Shown here in pieces: positions 56,684 through 64,000 of a stretch of DNA of 64,000 nucleotides (its first letter is position 1; each line of letters begins with the position of its first letter). The notes under the pieces are model-generated. The model was not told where the DNA came from and made no database searches. It was given only the letters and a program-made list of their open reading frames with translations. Origin of the DNA: Leptospiraceae bacterium (GTDB lineage Bacteria; Spirochaetota; Leptospiria; Leptospirales; Leptonemataceae). The stretch is taken from NCBI GenBank assembly GCA_040217195.1, contig JAVJNR010000006.1, positions 64,001 through 128,000 of the forward strand, read 5' to 3'. The position numbers and the translations under genes were made by a program.

Positions 56684-59600
56684 TCATGGGCGAATCCAGC
56701 GCGAAGTGACAAGCCGGTACCCATACACAGAATTACTGTAGCTCAGGTCTCGGATCATCAATGCATATGCGTGCACATATCGTTGATGCAATCCGCTCTC
56801 CGGCAATGAACGATCGTAAAAATGTTTCACAAAGAAGGCATGGGCCGTGCCCGCAGGCCTTACAATGCTCAGCAATCCAGGCGCATCTGTGTTTTCTCCC
56901 AGTCTGATAAGGAAATCCCTGAGCTGAGCACGATTCAGGTCCACCAGGTAAGTATCGGAAAGGAAAAATGGAAGGCCCCGATTGTTATAGATGGGTTGGT
57001 GCGGATTGCCTGAAAAATGATGGTACAGAGAAGGGTTGCCCACGGAAGTATTTTCCAGGGCACTTAGTTCCATATCGCCCATCCTCCCAATTAGATTCGC
57101 ACTTTGTCCGGGATAGACACCCGGGCGACCGGATACTGACACACGAAAGTTCCCTTTCAGCGCCAGATCACCACGAAACGGTTCTGCGCCCGCAATCGTT
57201 GCTGGGTCCAGAACCTGATATAACTGATCTCCGGTACGAGGAATAATGGGAGCCAGGGCATGGGCCGTGGGGAACCAGAAATAATGAGGAACATCGGTGC
57301 GTCCTGGAAGAATAGAGCGATAAAAGTCTGATAGTGTGGTTGCCAGTTGATCATGGGGCTGGTTATTGCGAATCCGTTGCTTGAATTCTTCCAGGTTCGC
57401 TCGCATTTCTCGTGCGCTGGCACCCAGGTCTTTTTGTTCCAGGCCTCGGGATGTAAGGATAATCGAATAGAACTTATCACCCGCATCTACAAGTACTGTA
57501 AGCGATTGATTCTCTGGAATGGTGCGAATTATCATTCCAGCAATATCTAACATGGGCGGCAGTTTGTCTCCGGCGCCCAGTATCGAATCCTGATAGAACT
57601 CCAGATTCGCCAGGGTCTTCCAGTTGTTGTCTTGTATAGCCCTTCGCTTGAGCAGAAAAAGCGCTATACTTCGTTCCTGTTGCAGGTTCGGAATGCCGGC
57701 CCCTTTTTCCAGTTCCCGGACTATTTTATCATAGTCCCGTCTATCAGGAGCGCCGGGCAGTCCAATGAGCATGTCTGCCATTTTTCGCACTGGCGTTACT
57801 GTCATAAATTCGCCCAGCAATGGATCTGAGATGGGCTTATCGTAGAGTCTGTACCATACAGCCAATCTTCCTCTTCGCACATTATCGCTTTCCAGGGAGC
57901 CTTCCCGGTATTCCAGGTGCTTCGCATAGAAGCGATATCCAGTGTCTGGATCCATCTTATTCAAATAGGACTCGGAAGCAACAAGTGCAAACCAGGAAGC
58001 CCGAGCTCTTGAATAGGCTGCCTCCGCATTGATAAGATCCATTAGCATTCCCGCTATCTGCAGTCCCGGATCTATATCCACGGACTGAATGAGCAAATGA
58101 AACATCAAAGCTCGATCAACGCTGGAAAGATACAGGCAGCTGGTTTCTCCGTCATCTGACAGGCCTACCAGGTCTGTTATCTGTCTGCCGTCGGGCAATA
58201 CCTTCTGAATGGCCGTGAATGCATTGGCCTCGGAAAGATCCTCTTCTTTTACAGGGATGCAGCGAAGCTGCTCAAAGGATATGGAATTTCCTGTGCGACT
58301 ATTCTTCCACTGATTCAATAATTGCTTTCTATGTTCTCCCTGCTCCTCGGGTACAGTGGGAGGGAGGTTCGCTACCAGGTCATCAAAGAACTTCCAGCGA
58401 CCGGCCAGGGATTCTGCCAGCAGAAAGGCTGTATCTGTGCGAACTGATCCCGGAATGCGAAAATCCGATTTCTGAAGCAACGCTGCCTGGATCTGTGCCT
58501 CACCGGCCAGTTCACGGCTCTGCGAATCAAAGTCATTTTGTAGTAATTGATTGGCCCGGTCCGTGGCACCATGATGAATCAGGTGTCTGGCTGCTCCTTT
58601 TCTGTCTTCCGGTCCCTGCAAATAGCTTTCCAGCCCATCCGGCGAAAGCCTGGCTTCTTTTAGCGCTGTGGCGGGGGAAGGGGAGCTTTCCAGGATGGCC
58701 AACGAAAGGTAATTTCTCAGTCGCCCCACCATGTCGCCGGCCAATTCCGGATACTTCTCTGAAAACTCTCTGGATAGTTCATTTCCGGCCTGGATCTGGC
58801 CGGCTTCATAGAGTCCACGAATACGCTCCGAGTATAGGAGCAGGGCATCTGCCGGGTCCTGGCCCAGGTTCAGAGACTCGGGAAAGAAGAATAGGCCATC
58901 TTGAGAGTTCAGTCTGGCCAGAGAACGATTTAATATGCTGGCTGCTTCCAGGCTTTCCGGTCCATTCAGCAATTGTCGCAAGGATAGAGCCCTGGATGCC
59001 AGTAATGCTGCTTTCTCATTCTCTCTTTCGCTCAACGCGGCTCGGGCCTGTTGCTCCGAAGCGCTGGCATCCTGCAGAATGTAGGACTCCATGGCGCTGG
59101 CATCAAAACCGGATACTCCGAAAATAGGGGCTCCAGACTTTGCATAGCTATCCTTCCCGGCCATGGTCAGGATCTGTTGATACTGATCATCATCGGCCAC
59201 GGCTACCGTGGCTCCTCCCGATGCTCGAAACACCTCATAGGCATTCCGAATAGACTGGAACCTCTGAACCGGATCTTCTTCATCTGGATGCAAGAATAGT
59301 ATGGAGGCCTGACCCGGCTCACGGATGGCCTGCCGGAGGTTATAGCCTGGATCTTTGCGCCCTGCGAAGAGCTCGAAAGCAGGAGTGGACTCATGCACCA
59401 GATGATTGCTTCGATTCACGGGTGCACTACCTGCATTCCAAATATTTCGGCGCCCCTGAGCACCCTTTAGATCCCGGGGACTGCCAATAAATCCAAGGGC
59501 GTCTTCGAGATCCATAATCGTGCTGGTAAATACAGGCTCCGGCAGATCGCTTCTGAGGTCTGGAATTCGAACATGTAGATCCCATACGAAGGATCTGTGA

Positions 59601-62600
59601 TCCGGTATTACGATCAGTTCACTGGCCTTTTCTGGGAGGCATTGCTTTAAGAACTCATCTATTTCCTGATCCTTAAATGGGCGAAAGGTAACCTGTCGAT
59701 CGAATACCAGACATCCGCCGCCAGGCTGATTTACAAAAAACTGAATTAAGACCTTATTAGCAGAAGGGGCGGGAATGGTTTCATCCAGTATCAGGAATGG
59801 TTTTAATAGCGGTCGCGCCTGCACCAGGCTTTGCTGGACGTAGGACAGATCATTTCGCAATTCCTGATTATATCTGGCAAGGTCTTCAAAATTCTTGTGC
59901 TGCAATCGCAGAACGGATTCCTGTCTGGAGCTACGGGAAAGTGTTGAAAGTATATTCAACATCACTCGATGTTGCTCGTCTTCAATGCCATTGGCTAACT
60001 GCAATGGATATCGAAGAAACTGATTTTGCAAATTGCTCTGACGCTTTAATTCAAGTACCTGAAGTGCTCGGCGCGGCGCTCCCTCTTTTATATAGAAACG
60101 CGCCAGACTGTCGAAATAGTCCGGAAGTCTACTCGAAACACGATGACGTAAATCCGGAAACTGCAGCAAGATGCTCAGAGATTTTTCATAGTTTCGGCGA
60201 GCTTCTGCCGGTTCCTTTCTGGCGGCGAAAGCATCGCCCAGGGTACGGTAGGTGGCCCAGTACTCTCGCAATGCATTGTACTCATAGGTTTCATCTGCCA
60301 GGTCACGGAGCTCGTTGATAGCCTCGGATGTCTTGTTCAGCAATAGCTGCGTTCTGGCCAGATTCAGTCTGGCACGCATGGCCTGAAATCCAGGTACCTG
60401 CCCTCGAGCGGCCAGGGCTTTTAATGCATCATTAAATAATTGTTCTGCCTTACTGGCCGATTCTGTGGAGTCGGATGTGTTATTGGCACTGGCCTGTTGC
60501 AATGCAATGTAATAGTAGGTCTGGCCTTCCAGAACCAGAAAGTCCACCACTCGCTGATTCACTCGTTCTTCTACAATGGGATCATCCCGTCGTTCGTCGT
60601 AGCTGAAATCTGGATCTTCTGTAACTTTTTCTTCTATATAGTCCTCTTTGATTTCTTCCCTGTATCGCTCCTGCTGAGTGCGCAATAGAGCCACAGAATC
60701 CTGCAGTCTATCAATTGTGGCATAAGGATGGCCTGCTTCGGAGGCCATGAATAGTACAACGTATGAGTTCTTGAAGTTGGTGAAGAAACTATCCAGAAAA
60801 TTCCAGTCCAGGGCTTTCTCTGCTGCCTCCTGGAACACTTCATGAGCCTGGTCAAACTTCTGTAGATTGACCAGGTTGAGTGCCTTCTGATTCTCAGAGG
60901 AAAGAACACCCTGCTTGCCCAGAATTACATCCCCGTCCTCGGATTCGAATACATCCTTTCGCTTCTCAATCAAGGCCAGGGCCCGATCCAGGTCTCCCAG
61001 CAAAACGGCATTTTCTAGCTGGATTCCCAGGGAAAGCTCATACTGTCGCAGGCTGGAAAAGCCATAGGGTGTACGTCCTTCGCCTATAACGGAGAAATCC
61101 TCGCCGTAACCCAGAATACAGTCCAGAGCACGACCACCGATCGTCTGAGGCTGGTACCGACTGTCTTCTCGATCCAGCCCTCGATTCAAGCTAACCTTCT
61201 CCGCCAGTTCAGCTGAGCTGTCTGAAGCGGAATACATTCCGGCGGATTGATAACTCATGGCCATGAAGTTCAGTAATCCGGACCGGGCCACGCCGTCCGG
61301 TACCTGGGGCTTCTGGCGATACAGAATATATTCTGCCTCCCGGTAAGAAGAGATGGCTTCTCTATATTGGCCGGCTTCGCTCAGGGCCAGTCCTCGCAGA
61401 GAGGAAATTAGTGCCAGGCGATAACGACTCTGCAATAGTTTTTGCTCTGTTTCCTTTAACAGTCGGTCCAGGTAGGCCGGATAATCCTGTCCGGATGTGC
61501 GAAACTTCAGTTCCGTAAATCGCTGGAAAGTGGGACGATACTCATTGACTTCGAAGATCTGGCGGGCCTTCTGCAAATCTTCAGCGGCGCGAATTACCTG
61601 CCCCTCATAATAAGCAGATCGCCCGCGATTGAAGAAATACAGCGCTTCCTGAAGATAGCCTGAAAACAGCCGATGAGAACTCTGGTCCTTTAGTTCTTCA
61701 ACCAGTCTGTAATGCTCGGAAGCCCTTTTAAAGTTCAGCAACTTGAAATGATTGTTGGCCAGGTTCAGATTCAGTAGAGCCTTACTTACCGGATCTGCAT
61801 TTTGACCCAGCCTGGTAAGAGCCTGGTTGTATAGCTCAATGTTTTTTTCATATAACCTGTCCGGAAAATAGGCTACATACAGATCGCGATAATAAGCTCC
61901 GTCCTGATATTCTGCAGGTCTGGCTCCGGTGATTGTTCGAAATGCTTGCTCAATTAGATCAGGCTCAATGAGCAACCGGGAATCCCGGCGTTCATCTACA
62001 TATTGATATAACCAGCCTAGAAGCAGATAGGCATCCACATTGTCCGGCTCTACGTAGAGGATGTACTGCAGCTGATATTCGGCTTCTTTCAGATCTCGAA
62101 GCACCGCTTCCTTCTTTTCTCGTAAAAAGCCATTGCTTAGATCCTGGCCTTCTTTGAGCAGGCCATCGTAGAATTGTTCTCGTTCTACTGACTTCTGGAC
62201 CAGGGCGTATGCGTAACCGTAAAGCAATGAATGATCAAAGAACTGCCTGGCCTCCGGCGATGCGTAGCGATAACCATAGACTACTTCATTGAAGATCCGG
62301 GCTTCAAATGGATCCCCTTCGCTGAGTAGATCTGTCAGGGGCGCTGTAGGATCCAGTTCAATCTTCTGTCTTTCCCAGGAGAGCCTCTTCTTATTTCGCT
62401 CCACAGCAAGATCTACTTTCATTCGATGAAAGAATACAGCTTTCCGTTTGTACAGTGCCGGGAACAGATCTGCCTTCTTTACGAAAAGGAAGAGAATGTT
62501 CATACTGTTTGCGTTGGCATAGCTGGACAAATAAAGCAAATCCGCAGCCACCTGCGCATCCTGGAAGGGCAAATCCACGGTCTTGCCTGAGAAGAAATCC

Positions 62601-64000
62601 TGATTGCTACTACAAAAATTCTGATACTGGCGTAGATAGTCCGGAATGCCCAGGCTGCGTAGAAGAGGCATGGCAGATGAATCCGGGGCGCAAAAATCTC
62701 TTAAGACCTCTCGATCACTGAGCTTCAAAGAAAGTGATTCCCGACTAAGGTCCAGTTCCACTACAGCCAGGCCCACACCAAACCTTCGTTCGCTTCTCTC
62801 TTCCAGGTCTACGTAAATGGATCTGGCTGTGTCACGATAGGTGCGAATAATCTGTTCCGAATCCTCTACAATACCCTGAAACTCCTGGGCTGAAATGTCT
62901 ACTCCTGAATCCGGGGTATAGGAACCACCGTACATTAGCTTTGCGCTATAAGCGGCCGTGCTATTTTGTAGAGACTCTTCGGCGAAAGCGATGGTCTGCC
63001 ATCCGCGAAGGAACAGTCCTGTTTTCTCCGGTACGCCTTCCAATCCTTTCCTGCTGGCTTCAATGGCCTTTTCATACTGACGGTCATTGTGAAGCAGGCG
63101 CCCTCTGGCAATATTCAGTGCTGATTCGATAGATTTCTGGGATTCTGGCAATAGACTGTCTATGGCAGCCAGTCCATTGGCAGGAAGCATTCCTTCAAAT
63201 TCACTAAAAATGGAAGAAAGGATCTTTTCCCTGATAGAGCCTGGCAATTCTTGATCGTTGAGAAGGGTTCTAAATATTTCTGGTATTCGCTTCCTTGTGC
63301 TGAGCGCTAGCTCTCCCTGCAGCGTAGAGGCTTCGTACTTGCGAAAGTAATCCGGATAGTCTCTGTTCAGCTTTTCCAGAGTGAGCAATGCACCCTGTGG
63401 ATTTCCAGAATCCTTCTGCGCCCGGGCTAATTCTTCCAGTAGATACGGGCTGGCGATTTTTCTCTTTTCTTCGCTTAACCGGGAAGGCACTGAATTTAGC
63501 GCATTCTGTAGAATGGCTGCACGGGTGGCGGGGCTACGGGGGACGGAATACAGGTTTCGGTCCAGCTCCACCATGGGATTGTCCTGCAGCGCTTTGGCAA
63601 TCCTTCGGTCCACCGACTGCGCTTCATCCTGGGCACCTGCTTTTTTGAGAGCTGTGCGAAGCTTGAGCAGGGATTTCCCTTCGAATAGAAAGAAATGTGG
63701 AGATTCCGAGTGGTAAAGTCTCACCGCCTCCAGGGCCAGTGCATATCGATCTGGATATTCATCGTAGTCATCGGCCAGGGCATATTGTTGATCCACACGA
63801 GGTTGCCCTGGAATCATACCCGATCGCGGGGTAACGTAAATGTTGACTGTATTGTACAGGTCTGCTGCATACAGTATGGTGCCCTGTTCAAATCCGGAAA
63901 AAGCAAGTGAGTAAATGGGAACGCTGCTTTCAATCAGTCTGAAACGTTCGGGAATGGGGCGATTGCTGATTACGTCTTTTACACTGATCCCCGCCACAGA
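56684..64000 (-). CDS. Giant TPR-repeat protein with degenerate CHAT-like domains (5' end beyond the right edge)
   Basis: Open frame of more than 2400 aa with multiple TPR-like helices (e.g. VDAYLLLGWLYQY, LNLANNHFKLLNF..A...Y) and two CHAT-like segments. Confidence 0.75.
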   Translation of the reverse strand, partial: SVAGISVKDVISNRPIPERFRLIESSVPIYSLAFSGFEQGTILYAADLYNTVNIYVTPRSGMIPGQPRVDQQYALADDYDEYPDRYALALEAVRLYHSESPHFFLFEGKSLLKLRTALKKAGAQDEAQSVDRRIAKALQDNPMVELDRNLYSVPRSPATRAAILQNALNSVPSRLSEEKRKIASPYLLEELARAQKDSGNPQGALLTLEKLNRDYPDYFRKYEASTLQGELALSTRKRIPEIFRTLLNDQELPGSIREKILSSIFSEFEGMLPANGLAAIDSLLPESQKSIESALNIARGRLLHNDRQYEKAIEASRKGLEGVPEKTGLFLRGWQTIAFAEESLQNSTAAYSAKLMYGGSYTPDSGVDISAQEFQGIVEDSEQIIRTYRDTARSIYVDLEERSERRFGVGLAVVELDLSRESLSLKLSDREVLRDFCAPDSSAMPLLRSLGIPDYLRQYQNFCSSNQDFFSGKTVDLPFQDAQVAADLLYLSSYANANSMNILFLFVKKADLFPALYKRKAVFFHRMKVDLAVERNKKRLSWERQKIELDPTAPLTDLLSEGDPFEARIFNEVVYGYRYASPEARQFFDHSLLYGYAYALVQKSVEREQFYDGLLKEGQDLSNGFLREKKEAVLRDLKEAEYQLQYILYVEPDNVDAYLLLGWLYQYVDERRDSRLLIEPDLIEQAFRTITGARPAEYQDGAYYRDLYVAYFPDRLYEKNIELYNQALTRLGQNADPVSKALLNLNLANNHFKLLNFKRASEHYRLVEELKDQSSHRLFSGYLQEALYFFNRGRSAYYEGQVIRAAEDLQKARQIFEVNEYRPTFQRFTELKFRTSGQDYPAYLDRLLKETEQKLLQSRYRLALISSLRGLALSEAGQYREAISSYREAEYILYRQKPQVPDGVARSGLLNFMAMSYQSAGMYSASDSSAELAEKVSLNRGLDREDSRYQPQTIGGRALDCILGYGEDFSVIGEGRTPYGFSSLRQYELSLGIQLENAVLLGDLDRALALIEKRKDVFESEDGDVILGKQGVLSSENQKALNLVNLQKFDQAHEVFQEAAEKALDWNFLDSFFTNFKNSYVVLFMASEAGHPYATIDRLQDSVALLRTQQERYREEIKEDYIEEKVTEDPDFSYDERRDDPIVEERVNQRVVDFLVLEGQTYYYIALQQASANNTSDSTESASKAEQLFNDALKALAARGQVPGFQAMRARLNLARTQLLLNKTSEAINELRDLADETYEYNALREYWATYRTLGDAFAARKEPAEARRNYEKSLSILLQFPDLRHRVSSRLPDYFDSLARFYIKEGAPRRALQVLELKRQSNLQNQFLRYPLQLANGIEDEQHRVMLNILSTLSRSSRQESVLRLQHKNFEDLARYNQELRNDLSYVQQSLVQARPLLKPFLILDETIPAPSANKVLIQFFVNQPGGGCLVFDRQVTFRPFKDQEIDEFLKQCLPEKASELIVIPDHRSFVWDLHVRIPDLRSDLPEPVFTSTIMDLEDALGFIGSPRDLKGAQGRRNIWNAGSAPVNRSNHLVHESTPAFELFAGRKDPGYNLRQAIREPGQASILFLHPDEEDPVQRFQSIRNAYEVFRASGGATVAVADDDQYQQILTMAGKDSYAKSGAPIFGVSGFDASAMESYILQDASASEQQARAALSERENEKAALLASRALSLRQLLNGPESLEAASILNRSLARLNSQDGLFFFPESLNLGQDPADALLLYSERIRGLYEAGQIQAGNELSREFSEKYPELAGDMVGRLRNYLSLAILESSPSPATALKEARLSPDGLESYLQGPEDRKGAARHLIHHGATDRANQLLQNDFDSQSRELAGEAQIQAALLQKSDFRIPGSVRTDTAFLLAESLAGRWKFFDDLVANLPPTVPEEQGEHRKQLLNQWKNSRTGNSISFEQLRCIPVKEEDLSEANAFTAIQKVLPDGRQITDLVGLSDDGETSCLYLSSVDRALMFHLLIQSVDIDPGLQIAGMLMDLINAEAAYSRARASWFALVASESYLNKMDPDTGYRFYAKHLEYREGSLESDNVRRGRLAVWYRLYDKPISDPLLGEFMTVTPVRKMADMLIGLPGAPDRRDYDKIVRELEKGAGIPNLQQERSIALFLLKRRAIQDNNWKTLANLEFYQDSILGAGDKLPPMLDIAGMIIRTIPENQSLTVLVDAGDKFYSIILTSRGLEQKDLGASAREMRANLEEFKQRIRNNQPHDQLATTLSDFYRSILPGRTDVPHYFWFPTAHALAPIIPRTGDQLYQVLDPATIAGAEPFRGDLALKGNFRVSVSGRPGVYPGQSANLIGRMGDMELSALENTSVGNPSLYHHFSGNPHQPIYNNRGLPFFLSDTYLVDLNRAQLRDFLIRLGENTDAPGLLSIVRPAGTAHAFFVKHFYDRSLPESGLHQRYVHAYALMIRDLSYSNSVYGYRLVTSRWIRP

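Noticed and set aside
58219..59127. 302-aa plus-strand ORF and other antisense ORFs
   Set aside because: Shadow frames of the giant TPR gene with unnatural composition.

Overview
A 64-kb chromosomal window from a Leptospiraceae-like spirochete, inferred from the tmRNA tag ANNEHALAA, Leptospira-type lipoproteins, the PII sequence and an SthK/LliK-type channel. It is mostly housekeeping and accessory metabolism: fabG, an acyl-CoA ligase, two acyl-CoA dehydrogenases, eutBC, a P-type ATPase and a Prc protease. It also carries four TetR regulators (three with clear operator palindromes), an adenylate cyclase, a sigma-54 activator, tRNA-Arg(ACG) and tmRNA. No integrase, transposase, phage gene, rRNA or CRISPR-cas was found. 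The most unusual feature is the ~770-bp non-coding tract behind tmRNA (24846-25610). It holds three extra exact copies of the 18-nt tmRNA 3' end, interleaved with four Y-shaped elements whose stems covary between copies while the loops keep A(N)GGA, a CsrA/RsmA-type motif. Other notable items are a pore-less voltage-sensor plus HAMP protein directly upstream of a cyclic-nucleotide-gated channel, an orphan Pycsar-effector-like (DUF5706) membrane protein, a giant TPR protein with two apparently dead CHAT-like domains, and a PII paralog lacking Tyr51. All family calls come from motif recognition by eye; no database search was run.
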